This document shows positions 38,575-52,105 of a stretch of DNA of 64,000 nucleotides, piece by piece (position 1 is the first letter of the stretch; the number at the start of each line of letters is the position of its first letter). Position numbers and translations under genes: made by a program. The stretch comes from Azolla caroliniana (taxonomy: Eukaryota; Plantae; Polypodiophyta), in assembly GCA_043228905.1 (NCBI GenBank), contig JBHGNT010000012.1:14198001-14262000 (forward strand), given 5' to 3'. The notes beneath the pieces were generated by a model. That model saw only the letters and a list, made by a program, of their open reading frames with translations. It ran no database searches and was not told the DNA's origin.

Positions 38575-40459
38575 ATACTAATAGACTAGATGAACATCAA
38601 GTTGAACCATCGTTTTTCGTGAAGCCATTTAGGGGAGAAAAAAAGGAAAGAACCAAAGAAGCAATCTACACGTGGCTTGGCCAATGGGAGTCTCATTTTG
38701 AGCTCTATCCAAAGCTAGATTGTAGGAAGATTGCATATGTCGGTCGAGAATTAGGGGGTAGCTTTGCACTACAGGGAAATTGCCCAATACTTGGATAGAC
38801 TTTGTTACGGTTTTCAAGGGTCAATTTCTACAACCTCCATCTTGCACCGAGGCAACACAAACATTACTGAACCTCTCTAGCTGGAAATTTTCCTCTCTAG
38901 AAGACTATGTTCACCATACTAGAACCCAAATTCAAAAGTTGGGTCTAAAAGGCGATAAATGGTTAATTGCTTGTTTTGTCAATGGCATCCCCAATTCAGA
39001 CTATCATTGGATAATGCACAATAAGGATCCAAAATCCTTCAAAAAGTTCATTGAAATTGTCCTTTATTGTCAATGCACTTCAAAGAAGAACCATAACAAA
39101 CCCAACGAATTCCTGGATCGCGATTTGATGGGAGACGCAAGAGACCCAACGAATTTCTGGATCGCGATTTCAAGCGACAAAATCCTTTTTGTGTGTTCTA
39201 CTAAAAGAAGGGTCACACAAAATGGCAATGTCGGAAGCTCCAATGCAAAGACCACAACAAAACAAACATAGTTGCAAACCATAAAGGTCTGATTCTCGAT
39301 ATCCTTGAGGTCTATACACATCATTTAAGTAGTTGTAAATGTTCTTTCCCTCACTATGTATTGAGACCCAATGATTTACTATGTGCAAACGGGTATATCA
39401 ATGGATATCCAATACACTTCTTATTTGATTTGGGAAGCTCACATAATTTTGTAAATGATCGTTTGGTTCAGATATGGGAAATTAAACCCGCCGTAAGTGA
39501 TCACACCTATAAGGTGCACTTGGCTTATGGATTCATCAATGGGGCGATTCATTCATTGGCTATTTACATTGATACTTATTTAGAACAAGTAGATTTCCAT
39601 CTCATGAATCCTTGTACCATTGATGTAATACTAGGTTATCATTTGGTTCTTTAATAAAAACTCTTCTTTATCTATTGATTAGGTTCACCATTCAATAATG
39701 TTTACACTAAACGACTGTACTCATTTTATTCAATGTGTTAAAAAAAATCTTCTTTGATCTTCTTAAAGGTCAAACATGGAAATATAGAAAACCTATAGTA
39801 TGGAATGCTACATTAGCCCTTGCCTTTAAGGAACTCAAGGACTTGTGTGCAAATCTCCTTCGCTTCTTTTACCAAATCCTTCAAAAACTTTTCAGGTTGA
39901 AACCGGCGCAAATGATTATGCTATAGGTGTTGTTTTAAACCAAGATGGTAAACCAATAGCTTTTGAGAGTAAGAAACTTGATCCTACTCAATGTTGGTAT
40001 ACCATTCAAGAAAAGGAAGTATTTGCAATTATCCATGCAGTAAAATCATGGCGCCTTTATCTTTATGGAAATCGTTTTGCGGTAACTACGAACCACGAGT
40101 CCTTGAAATATTATCGTGACCATCAAAACTACAAGGGTCGTAAGGCACGATGGGCTGATTTTTTCATACAATATCGTAAAGGTTCCATGAACATTGCCGT
40201 TGATGCGTTGAGTCGTATTTGTGAAGTTAATATGCTTAGCTTCACTGAAGTAACATTAGATCTTTATGATCACCTTTGAGGAATGTATCTTGCTGATAGT
40301 TATTTTGGAAATTACTAGGCAAGAGTTGAGTCTGGAATAGACATCACCACACCTTCAAAGGAATCCTTCCACATTGCTAACGACCTGCTCTACTGTAAAG
40401 GGAAGGTTTGTGTTCCAGATTTGTCTGCGGTCAAAAAGAGAATTCTTTTTGAATGTCAT

Positions 40460-43400
40460 TAACAATCAGCAACGGTTCGGTTCGATTTGGAAGTCCCAAA
40501 CCCAAATCGGTTCAAACCAAACTCTTAAGAAAAAGTTGAAAATTAAACCGAACTGAATCAAACCACGATACCATCCAAACTGAAACCGTCAAAACCGAAA
40601 CTATCTAAACCGAACCATTTATAAAAAAATCAAACCTAAACCAAATAGTTTCAGAGACTTATGAACCGTTAAGCTGCTAAAACCGTTAAACCGCGGTTTA
40701 ACAGTTTGGTTTTGGTTTCCTTTAATAAACATATTATCAATGTTTTTTCTAAAATTTACATAATCCCACATGCTAACATTATGATGACATCTAACAATAA
40801 ATAAAAGATATTAAAAAATGTTAAAACTTGCCAGAACATGTCAATAACTTCCAAACATGTATATAATATGACATTGATTCAATGGCCAAACATTGTAATA
40901 CTTTGATTCCACCAATTAGGTTTATTTCTAATCAATATAAAAATGGAATTTGGGTTTATCCACGATCAGTTACATGTCAATAACTTCAAAACATGTATAT
41001 ATATACAAAATGACATTGATCCAATGACATTGATTCCACCATGTAATATTGTTTTTAAACAAATAATGTAAATTGCATCTGTTTCAGAAGTAGAAATTGT
41101 TCCAACATCCTCTTTATCATCATATGGGGTTAATGGCACTTCAGGGATATGCACCTCAGCATCATGGTTTGTGCCATTCTTTAGTAGTTCCAATGGGCTA
41201 AAAACCAAAAAATTAACCAATAAAGGCCCATGCCACCAAGCAACAACAAAAACTAGAATACGACTTCCATGCATTTACCATGTTTCGGAATCGATGTGAG
41301 TCGAGGATAGAATGAAGACCTTAGAAAATATCCAAAAGTCATGTGATATTTTATAAATATGAATAACAAGAGTATGAAACTATAATGTTCGAAACTAAAA
41401 AGAAATACATGGGTAATTAAACACATGATCTTGTTTGACTCAGCATATAGTCCACTACATAATCCTCCATAGCAATATCTTCCATATCTATACCGAAGTT
41501 ATTATATGCTTCATTGAAGTCTTCAAGTAGTGAAATATTTGACTCATTAAGAACATCCAACCACAACCTAATGCACATTTCAACCTTGAAAGTGCATGAA
41601 TGCAAACGAATTCTATCTTGAAAATTATATTTTGCTTCAGAATTAGCCTCCTCTGACGGCACTGATGATGTTGGTATTGCTAAATAGTCAAAAGCCATCT
41701 TGTACATTCGAGGTAAAGCAAACCTAGTTTAAATGTAATCAAACATTTTGAAACTGGTTTTGCACAAAGTTAAAGAAAAATATCAAATTTATAAGTTATA
41801 ACTAGGAAATGGGAAGCAAACCTGTTGGTGAACCACCATTGAAGTGGATCCGTATCTGTTTTTGCTGGAGGAAATCTCATAAATTGTTCCATTTCTAATT
41901 GTGAAGAAGACATTGATTCTTGAGAAGGCTTATTGACACCTAAGATTTCCCAAATGTCCTCCTGTTTTGTAAGATTTTTGACATATGTTTCATCAGTAGT
42001 GTTTGGAACATCAACGTCATACTTTTCTTCCAATACTTTGTGAACCAAATCAATATCCAAATTCCTCTCAATCGTGTTATTGGGTATTGGAACTCTGAAA
42101 ACACATATGAAGATGAATGCCATTATGTATGAGAAAAAAAAGTAGTAGTAAATTTATTATGTATGAGAAAAACTATTAACATAGTACATACCGTGGATCG
42201 AGAAAGGTCACAATGCGAGAAGGTATGGACTTCAATGATTCTTGGTATCTTATCAAATATTGTAAGCATTTCTCACTAGCTTTTTCTTGCACTTCAAGAG
42301 TTGCCTTGCTTGAGCTAGATTCCATTGACTCCACGTCCTCTCCCAAATAATTGTTACAATGTGTTAACAAGCCATTGAAGGCAAGAGACGCTATTGAGAG
42401 GGTGGGGTACTTTGACCCACTTAAATATGTACAAATTCTAGCAGGTAGAAGTAGACATTGCTCCATTGCTTGTATGTGGTTCCAATCATCTATGGTAAGC
42501 ATATTATCAACAAAATCCACAGCAATAATAGAGTCCGCTATAGTGCAACTCAAAACATATCTGAGTTTCAAGGCTTCTTGGTACATTTCTAAGGTGGAAT
42601 TCCATCTAGTAATGATATCAAGACAAGGCGGCTCCCGCTCTCCATGCTCATACATTGATCTAGAATATTTTCTAAATATAGCTCTACGAACTTTACTAGA
42701 ACGTATGGATAACAAAATATTTCTCAACTTCATAGTGGAATTTGAGATGACCTCTAATGCAGACTTAATACCAAGTTGAAATACATGAACCATACATCTC
42801 AACATATTTGACGAAGGCAAAATATCATTTCCATGCATATCATGTAACAATCTACCCAACTCAGTCGAGGGCATAATAGCATCACTAGCACCATCAGATG
42901 TTATGGATAAAATATGAGAAGAAATACCAAAGGATTTTACACGCATAAATAATGAGTGACCACAACGCTTACCTACGCCATCACCAGGAAATACATGGAA
43001 GAAATCAATGAGCATAGACATTGGCTTAGCAGATTCTCTACATACCCAATGTAATGTCATTGGATAAAATCCTTTCAAACTATTATTTGACCACCCATCA
43101 AAGGTAATTGCAAAACGTGAATCGAGTGCAGACAAAAAATTTATAACTATTTGACGAATGACAACATACATTTGCAATATTAATCGTTTTAAAGTACGTG
43201 CTGACTTAAGCACATACCCTGGTAAGACATCACGCATGAATTGTTTAAAACCTAAGGACTCAACATGCACATGAGGCAACATTTCTGTGATTATATATTT
43301 TGTTATAGAGCTATCAATTTTCTTCTCGAATGTACGAGATATTAGACGCTTAGACATACCTATAGGATGTTGGATCACAGACATTGTATTCATACTTGAG

Positions 43401-45656
43401 GAACTATGTTACTGAGATGTGCTAGTAATGTGATGTTTTTCTAATAAATGTTTTGTAAGAGTACTCGTGGATGTATTATTTGACCAAGAAATAGAGCAAT
43501 GAGAGCATCGACGACGGGGCACACCGTTATCTGTGATATTTATAGTGTGTCGGCATGTCCATGAAGTTCGTAGTCTCTTTAATTTGCCTTTACATGTGTT
43601 ACTTGTTGAAGCTGAGGCCATTGAATTTGGGGATGACATAGTGTTCAATAAAGGGGCGTTTACACTCGATTCCATGTTCTATAAGGAATTAGAAAACTGT
43701 ATCGGACCAAAGGAAGTCAAAATTAGTGATATAATAAGATGATATGCGTAAAATCAAGGGCACAGATTACTCACGATATTGAAGGAGATTCAAAAGAACT
43801 ATATAAATCTAAATGTTTAAGAAGTCATCCAAAACCAGGAGATTATGTCTGATTCTACTATAACCAAAACATTTCCATGTACTCATGCTTCTACTATAGC
43901 CAAAACATATAGAAAATCAATCTTCCAATGCAATAAATTTCTTTCATGAATTCAATTTTAGAATTCTCAAGCTATGTTTCCTAAGGATTTGTATTTATTT
44001 ATTTTGGTGTCACAACAAAGTTGTTGAACCAACTAAATCATCAGAATGCAAGAAAGTGGGAAGGGGGTATAGGCAACCATGCAGTCCTCTTATCTTAGGA
44101 TGATTCCAAAGGCTTTTCAGCATCGAATATTTTGTATTCATTTTCCAAGGATATAAACAAATATAGGATGGACAAAGGATCAACATGTGCATGGAATGCA
44201 TTTAAAAAATCCATTATGTTTTTAGTCTAAAACATTATCTTCCTAGTTTACACGATTCCCATTGAAATAAGAAACAAACGAATTAAACATACAACTTACA
44301 TATGAGCCTCCACATGCCTATCCACGAGTATTTTATCATTAGGAGACAAACATTTTTTCATCCTATTAAATTAGTTTAAGACATCCATTTTTCCCACATA
44401 GTATTGTTGAAATGCAATTTCTATTGACCATACAAAATGTATATTGATTTCATCATGTGCTCGATCTTCTAATCCTTGCATTAGAATTCAATTTTTAGAA
44501 ATATCCAAGACAAATAGGCATGCTATTAGAATATTCAAAATATAGATCATTTAGAAGATGAGCAAAACATAACTACTTGATGACTGCAAATTACAAAACA
44601 AGATTATTGAAAATAGCCTCTTATTATTAAAAAGTTCATACATAATTTATCAAACATGTCTATTGAGTATTTTGATATAAAGAGGGGTGTACCAACTCAA
44701 ATTCATAAAAAAAACATTCTATCATGTAATTTTATCCACGTGATTGATTTGTATGTGTTTCCAACAGCAAGATTGAAAAGTTTGGGCAATCCAAGGAATC
44801 GTTGTGTCTTAAAGATAGTAGGTGAACTAACTAATTGTGGAAAGTGTAATTTATACGATACATTTCCACATGCATTCAAAATCAATTGGATAAACAACAT
44901 TAACAATCGGTTGCATATGTGAACATTTTACTATGTTGTAACTAAAATGTTCACATATGCAAGTATTTACTAAAGCTATTGTTTAAATTAACATGTTAAA
45001 TGTAGGATACCCACTGGCCACAATATGAAAGTAAAAGAATTATATTTGGTATGAAACACAACTCATGGTTGGTTCTTCTTCTTATATATGTGCATACCAA
45101 ATGAAAGTACCTCTATCCAAATGAAATTTAATGAAAATACCTCTACGCAAACTTTTCAGACTCACAACTTGTTTTCGAAGAGCCCCGGCCGCACAAGAAG
45201 AAGGAGAAGGAGAAGGAGAAGGAGACTCAAGAGTTTGTTTTCGAAGAAGAAAAAGAAGTAGAACATGTGAAGAAGAAGAGAGTCGACAATTTGTTTTCGA
45301 AGAAGAAGAAGAAGCAGATCAAGAAGTAGATATGTGTTTTTTAGAAGTTAGGTCAAAATCTACATTCAATATTTCTGAAATTGATAAATTTAACCTTTAA
45401 AATATCTGTTAAAAGAAAATATTTATAAAACTATCACCCAAACTGTTAAGCCGTTTAAAACCGTTTAAACCGAAACCTCTAAACTGATGAGGGGTCGAAC
45501 CAAACCAAACCGAATTGCTGCCCCCTTGAACCGAACCAAACCGTTTGTGAAAATCCAAACTTGAACCAAACCGAACCGAACCATTGAAACTGCTAAACCA
45601 TTCAGCCGTGGTTTCATGGTTCGGTTCGGTTCAAACCGAACCGATGCCGATTGTTA
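40460..45656 (-). mobile_element. hAT DNA transposon
   Basis: 8-bp TSD AATGTCAT at 40452-40459 and 45657-45664. Imperfect TIRs TAACAATC(A/G)GCA(A/T)CGGTTCGGTT. AAACCG subterminal arrays. Interrupts the ECH|DAP integrase motif of D. Confidence 0.95.
41417..43675 (-). pseudogene. hAT transposase (BED finger, DDE core, dimerisation domain); exons 43675-42192, 42094-41822, 41723-41417; one in-frame stop at 43409-43411
   Basis: CSHC..TSTLTKHLLEKH, ITFDGWS, ITSDGAS, CMVH, TRWNS, FLDPR, PLQWW, YLAIPTSSVPSE. Both GT-AG introns are phase 2 and preserve the frame. Confidence 0.88.
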
Positions 45657-47056
45657 AATGTCATGATGCACCCTCAACAAGAAACCTTGGAATACATCGC
45701 ACACTCATTCTCATCTGCACTCAATTCTATTGGTCTCAGATGCATCTTGACATACATAACTATGTGATTGATATCACCAATGTCAAATTAACAAAGCCGA
45801 GCAACATAAAGCCAGTGGACTTTTATATCCCTTGGACATTCCCAACAATAAATAGGAAAGTATATGCATGGATTTTATTGTTACCCTTCCTCGCACCCAA
45901 AAAGGCCATGATGCCATCTGGGTTGTAGTTGATAGAGTAACGATAACTGCTCCTGAATTGGCTTACCAATTCGTTGATGACTTATTCCATATTTATGGGT
46001 TATTGATGGACATTGTGAGTGATTGACATCCAAAGTTTACTAGCGACTTTTGGACACGGTATTTAAAAAGTTAGAAACTATAGCATGAGCTCTAGGGATC
46101 ATCCTCAATACGATGGACAAACAGAATGGGTAAATCAAATTATTGAGGACATGCTTCAAACATACGTTGCTACGAAGCCAACAAAATGGGAATGTTATCT
46201 CCCAATTTTGGAGTTTGCTTATATAAACTCCAAACATACCTCGATGGGATATAGTCCTTTTATGTTGATGTATGGCTTTCAGCAACGAGCCCCAATTTAT
46301 GTTAATATACATCATGATGAGTTGTGAAGTATGAAAAACTTTCGAAGGGATATGCAAGATATATTGCATATTGCACAAGAGAATATAAAAACAACTCAAG
46401 ATAGAGCGCGTTTTTATTCCAGCCATAATAGGCGACCTTGTGTATTCAACACTAGACAGAAGGTATTTCTACGTTGTCGTGAAGAATTTCGGCCAGAGGC
46501 GAAAACCGGGAAACATTGGCTACATCGACAGGGTGTAGCGTGTGTACGCACCCATGTACATTTAGTGTGAATATCGAGGGCGCCTTTATGGCGCCGAAGG
46601 GTAGTCAAGTCGGGATAGACGATCCCATGTAAGTCGGGATTTGTCCCGCATTGTAATGCCTCCCTTTCCTTGTTCTATAAAAGGAAGGGAACGCCCTTTG
46701 TAAAAGGGTTGCCCATTTTGCATTAGAGGGTATACCGTTAGGTTTAGAGTTAGCTTCTTCTTCTTCTTCTCCTTCATGTTCGCTTAGGGTTTGTTGTAGC
46801 TCATCTCCTGTGCAAGACCCTGCTCGGCGCGACGAGCTGAGAGCTCCCCAACGGCGGCTTGGCAGCAGACGACTACTGTAACCTACCTCAGCCCAGCTCG
46901 AAGCCGGGAATGTATTCTTCTTCTATATATATATATATATATATACGTTTGTCTGTGTATATTCGCGTCGTTGTTGGCGTCGGGTGCTTACCCTCTCCTG
47001 CGTTTTCTGTACATAAGGCATGGGTCGGGTTGGGCTGTGTGTGCGGGTGTGTGTGT

Positions 47057-47109
<53 letters not shown>

Positions 47110-47246
47110 CCTTCGGTTGCTTCCGACGTGTTTCTGGGATGCCTCGGTAACGGTGAAGCACGATTTCCTACACTCCATCACTCCCTAGTCCAAGACCCCC
47201 GTGGTCCCGCCTTTCTCCACGCACTCGCGTAACAACGCGACATATT

Positions 47247-47261
47247 TGGTGAACCCGACGT
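47247..47261 (+). promoter_or_regulatory. PBS complementary to tRNA-Trp
   Basis: TGGTGAACCCGACGT is the complement of the plant tRNA-Trp(CCA) 3' end, as recalled. Confidence 0.8.
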
Positions 47262-47279
47262 AAAAGGCGGCAAGGGAGG

Positions 47280-48719
47280 ATGGAGTCGGAAGACGACGAC
47301 CTTGCGGGGATGGTGGCCGAAGTGGTGTTGGAGTCGGCACGAGTGGTGATGAGGCGAGAAGCAGCGCAACAAGCGGTTGAGTGAGTGGTCGAAAGAGTCG
47401 GCCATTTCAACGGGGACAAAGTCCCATCTTACTTGGAAGCCTACAACGCGGAAATGGAGGAGCGTGGCGTAGACGAGGCGTTGAGGCTGGAGTTCTTCTA
47501 CCGGGTCGTAGTTGTACGGATGCATGCGGAAGTAAAGGAGCTCCGTGAGGCTCATAGTTCGTGGGAGGCCTTCGAAGAGGTGCTCCTGAAAGCATACAGA
47601 GGACGGCGGAAGAGCCGGGGACGGCACGACTTCGACCAGTGGGTAGCATCGGCAAAGACCCACCGGGGTGCAACGAAGGCGTTCCGGAAGTTCGAGCGAC
47701 GACTTGCTCGGCTCCCAGAGCGGGAACAAGGTTTGGTGGGGGCGGACAAAGTCCTTTTGTTCGTCAGGTCGATCGACCGAGCGGAACAGGAAGCCATCGG
47801 GATTGAGCTCGAAGACGATGATGGAGCGAATGGGCTTACGGAGGACTGGTCGAAGGTCGTAAGGGTGTGCCAAAGGCTAGACAACGAGCGAGCCGAGAAG
47901 GCTAAGAGGAAGGTACGTGACGGCGTGCCATCACAGCGGGAAGAGGCCGAATGGCAAAGAGAGTCGGCAAGGGTCGGCGTTGGGGCCAGGATTGCGGAGG
48001 CGTACGCAGCGCTCAAAGCGATGCTCGAGGAAGAGGGAGGATCGAGGCTAGAAGCTGAGACCGAGGACACGGACTTGCCCCACGCGACGGCGGAAGATCG
48101 GTACGATGGTACCACAGGAGAGGGTGCGAAACGAAACGCCTTCTCGAGTTGCGGAAATAGAACGGCCAAGGACGAGGCCGAGATACCGATCGTGGAACCG
48201 GAACGTTGGGACCAACAGTTTCAGGCGTGTCAGCCCGAGATCCCGGGCATTGGAGAAGCAAGCCCAGACGGACCTTGCGCGATCGGTAAGAAGACGACCG
48301 CCGACCACGGAGAGCCGGTGGCTACGGACAAGGGTGAAGAACGGACGGGCGATTCCTTGTGTCTTCCCACACTTGCTCCCGAGACGATGGGAGTCAGGCC
48401 CGAGCGTCCATGTGAGTCCCAAGCGGAGGAAGGCGACGACGATAGACCAAGAATCACCGGCGAGACAGTACGGGGAAGGAGCGGGCGAAAGCCCACGGAC
48501 CCGATTCCGGAGAACTCGGCAATTTGGCCCGTATGCCCGTGTAAGACCGAGGAGATGGATGGCGGTACTGAGGAGTCCTGGCACGATGCCAGTGAAGACG
48601 GATGGGAAAAGGCCTGCGAGGAGGCCGGGGACAGACACGGCACGTGGAGATCGGCATTCCGATACGGGTGGAGCGTGATCCGGTCGTGGGCCGTTCGATC
48701 GAGGCTGGACTCGGCATAA
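47280..48719 (+). pseudogene. Gag-like ORF of element G, one in-frame TGA at 47382
   Basis: FNGDKVPSYLEAY...SWEAFEEVLLKAY capsid-like region followed by an acidic, repetitive tail. Confidence 0.75.
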
Positions 48720-50200
48720 AGGTGCCGATACGGGAGGGGGTGCGGGACGAGCTGCCCTCTTTTACATGGGGAGAAAGACCGACTGGGCAAAGGTCGAGAT
48801 TACGGACAAGAACCGGGCGGAGCGGACTCCCGGATAACCATTCTGGGAGGGAGGAAGAGAGCAGGCCTACGAAGAGGCCGAGGACACGGTACGTCAGTAC
48901 CACGGGAGAGGGTGCGGAGTAAACCGCCCTCTCGGCATGAGGAAAAGGACGACCCGGGACAGGGTCAAGAAGGCGACGAACGCCTACGGAGGATCCTTCA
49001 CACCGGTTCTAGAGACTTCGGCAGTCGGCAACGCGATCGACGTAAGACCAAGATACTGACGGTGGCGGCGAGGTGACAAAGGCAAGGGCTACAGAAGGGC
49101 GGTCGACGGAGGATCCTTCACACCAGTTCTAGAGACTTCGGCAGTCGGCAACGCGGTCGACGTAAGACCAAGATACTGACGGTGGCGGCGAGGTGACGAA
49201 GACAATGGGCGTAAGAGAGTCCGGTCCTACGGGATTCCCACACCGGTTCCGGAGACTCTGGTTGTGCTGCCATCATGGCAACGTGAGACCGAGGGAGAAG
49301 GAAGGTGGCGGCGGGAAACGGGACCCCGCTACGCGGAAGACACAAGCAGTCCGGGAGGGACTCAAACAAAAGACACCCGAATTCGGCAAGCATAGAAACA
49401 AAGTCTGGTCCTATGGGACCCTCACACTGATCCGGAGACTCCGGCAGTTCGGCCAACGTGGCAACGTGAGACCGAGGGAGAAGGACGGTGGCGGCAGGGA
49501 ACGGGACCCGACGACACGAGGTTCGGAAGGAGCCGGTAGGGGCAAACGCGGGGAGGTGTGTCAAGCCGGAAAGGCACACCTAGAACAGAACAAGAGTCTC
49601 GCAAATGGCCATCGCGGGCCGGATCGAAGCGTGACTACAGGACGGTGTTCGGCACGGGCGGGGCCGAACGAAGGAAGCGGAAGACAGCACAAGGGAGGTG
49701 CCGAGAACGAAGTGACAAGTGCCTAGTGGACTGCACAAGGTCGAAATCAGGATGGCAAGAGAGGCTGGAGGAGGATCCTCCACACTCGCTTCGTAGATCT
49801 CGGTAGCTTCGTCGAAGTAACGAAGACTGACACGGCAAGCCGGGGTGACAAGCTGGTGGGGGCGAGGGGACGACGGCAAGCGGAAGACTCAGGACCTGTT
49901 GCAGCAGCACAAAGACGGGAAGGGCCAAGCGGGCTACTACGGGGTGTTCCTCGGATGCAGAGGACACCGGTATGCGGGTGAGCAGCGATGCACGATCTAG
50001 CCGGAAAGGGGGCCGACAAGGAGTGGAACACGGGCAGTGCCAAACAACGGACGAAGGTATGTGGCACACGGAGGTGCCGGAGCAGAAAGGCGAGCGCGGA
50101 GAAGGCCGGAAAGGGATCCTCCACACCGTTCCTGAGACCATGGCGGTTCAAGCCGACGTGGCAATGTAAGACCATGGAGAAGGAAGGTGGCGGCGAGAGG
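48350..50200 (+). repeat. Degenerate repeated module inside element G (120-bp period at 48986-49320)
   Basis: The motif GGATCCTYCACAC..GAGACT..GGCA..AGACC..GGTGGCGGCG recurs about 8 times. Confidence 0.75.
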
Positions 50201-51072
50201 GCGGTGGCCACGCGAAGCAACATGGGAAGGCAACCAGGACATCACGAAGGGTCAACGGAGGCCAAGCGGGCCACTACGGGCATGCCTCAAGCGGAGGACA
50301 TCGGGCATACGGCGGGAAGCGGGGCATTCATATAGCCGAACAAGGGCCAACGGAAGACTCGAAGCCGACAGATCAAACCGGCCGCAAGCCGGGATGCGGA
50401 TCACGGAAGATCGGTTTCTCACCGGCCGAAATCTCTCACCCTTCAAGCCGGGATGTGCAGTTAGGTGGGGGCGGATGTCGTGAAGAATTTCGGCCAAAGG
50501 CAAAAACCGGGAAACATTGGCTACATCGGCAGGGTGCAGCGTGTGTACGCACCCATGTACATTTAGTGTGAATATCGAGGGCGCCTTTATGGCGCCGAAG
50601 GGTAGTCAAGTCGGGACAGACGATGCCATGTAAGTCGGGATTTGTCCCGCATTGTAATGCCTCCCTTTCCTTGTTCTATAAAAGGAAGGGAACGCCCTTT
50701 GTAAAAGGGTTGCCCATTTTGCATTAGAGGGTATACCGTTAGGTTTAGAGTTAGCTTCTTCTTCTTCTTCTCCTTCGTGTTCGCTTAGGGTTTGCTGCAG
50801 CTCATCTCCTGTGCAAGACCCCGCTCTGTGCGACGAGTTGAGAGCTCCCTGACGGCGGCTTGGCAACAGACGACTACTGTAACCTACCTCAGCCCAGCTC
50901 GAAGCCGGGAATGTATTCTTCTTCTTCTATATATATATATATATACGTTTGTCTGTGTATATTCGCATCGTTGTTGGCGTCGGGTGCTTACCCTCTCCTG
51001 CGTTTTCTGTACATAAGGCGTGGGTCGGGTTGGGCTGTGTGTGCGGGTGTGTGTGTGTGCGTGAGTCGGTGT

Positions 51073-51118
<46 letters not shown>

Positions 51119-51630
51119 TCGGTTGCTTCCGGCGTGTTTCTGGGATGCCTCGGTATCACTCCCTAGTCTAAGACCCCCGTGGTCCAGCCTTTCTCGACGC
51201 ACTCGCGTAACAACGCGACAACGTGTACCTCACAATTCTAAGACATTGTCTACAGGTAAGTGTGCTAAATTAGCCCCACAGTTTTGTGGACCTTTCACAA
51301 TCCTCAAGTGCATTGGTTCATCAGTCTATCGTCTCGCTCTTCTTAATTGTGACGAAATTCATCCAATTTTTCATGTAAGTCGTTTAAAAGGACTTCTTGG
51401 TTCTGGCGACATTACAGTTACAACTAAGACTCTGGTTACTTCAGAAGACTTAGCTTCTAAACCAAATGTACTAGAGAAAATTCTCGATGTTAAAACAAAA
51501 AAATTGCGTTCTAAAATAAAATGGATGGATAAATCTATCAAAGATGCCACATGGGAACGCGAAAATACTCATAGAACTAACTTCCCTAACTTTCCATTGC
51601 AGGAGTGCAATGTTTTAAAGATGGGGAGAA

Positions 51631-52105
51631 TGTTACGGGCATGAGCATATCCCGTGGTAGATTTTACCGTAGTATTCTATACACATGGATAACGTGTGAG
51701 GGTTAAACGAGAGTGTAAAGAAGGCAGGATTACTTCTAATTCTAGGAATTGACACAACCCATAAGGGCCAAGTGTGACCTCCATTACACACATGATTTGA
51801 CCACGTCGAGACTTTGATCTTATGGTGATCAAGGCTCGACTTCGTCTTAATCCCTTCGCTCGGGGGTGGTCGGGTGGATCAACACCCTTCTTTCTCTGTC
51901 CTTTCCTATCTATCTATCTTTTATTTCCTTGTCATATGCTTACATTAGGATTAAGCTCTAACATTGTTGATGGTGAGAAGGGGCGGTGGAAAATCTATCT
52001 TTCTCTCTCCTTTCCTATCTATCTATCGTTTATTTCCTTGTCATATGCTTACATTAGGATTAAGTGCTAACATTGTTGGTGGAGGATGAGGTGCTAGTCA
52101 TCACA
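51631..52105 (+). repeat. 3' LTR of Gypsy D, with internal ~109-bp duplication
   Basis: Starts TGTTACGGGCATGA and is homologous to the reverse complement of 52106-52589. Confidence 0.75.

Larger units (their letters stand above)
46475..51220 (+). mobile_element. Non-autonomous gag-only LTR retrotransposon G
   Basis: LTRs 46475-47242 and 50476-51220 (TGTCG...CGACA). 4-bp TSD ACGT. PBS 47247-47261, PPT 50463-50475. No pol motifs recognised. Confidence 0.9.
38575..52105 (+). mobile_element. Ty3/gypsy chromovirus D, degenerate, lacking 5' LTR and RT; hosts the hAT and element G
   Basis: Gag remnant, LFDLGSSHNF protease, RNase H (VETGANDYAIG..IAFESKKL), split integrase, chromodomain (IKWMDKSIKDATWE). 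PPT 51617-51630 and LTR from 51631. The right end at 52105 (ATCACA) is inferred. Confidence 0.85.

Noticed and set aside
40966-41274. 102-aa ORF downstream of the transposase as cargo
   Set aside because: No recognisable domain or supported splice model.
44901-44910. Internal TIR-like TAACAATCGG in the hAT
   Set aside because: Only 10 nt, with no subterminal motifs or TSD, so it may be chance.
48986-49320. Regularly spaced repeats with variable spacers, superficially CRISPR-like
   Set aside because: Units are ~90 bp, degenerate and non-palindromic. They lie inside a eukaryotic LTR element, and there are no cas genes.
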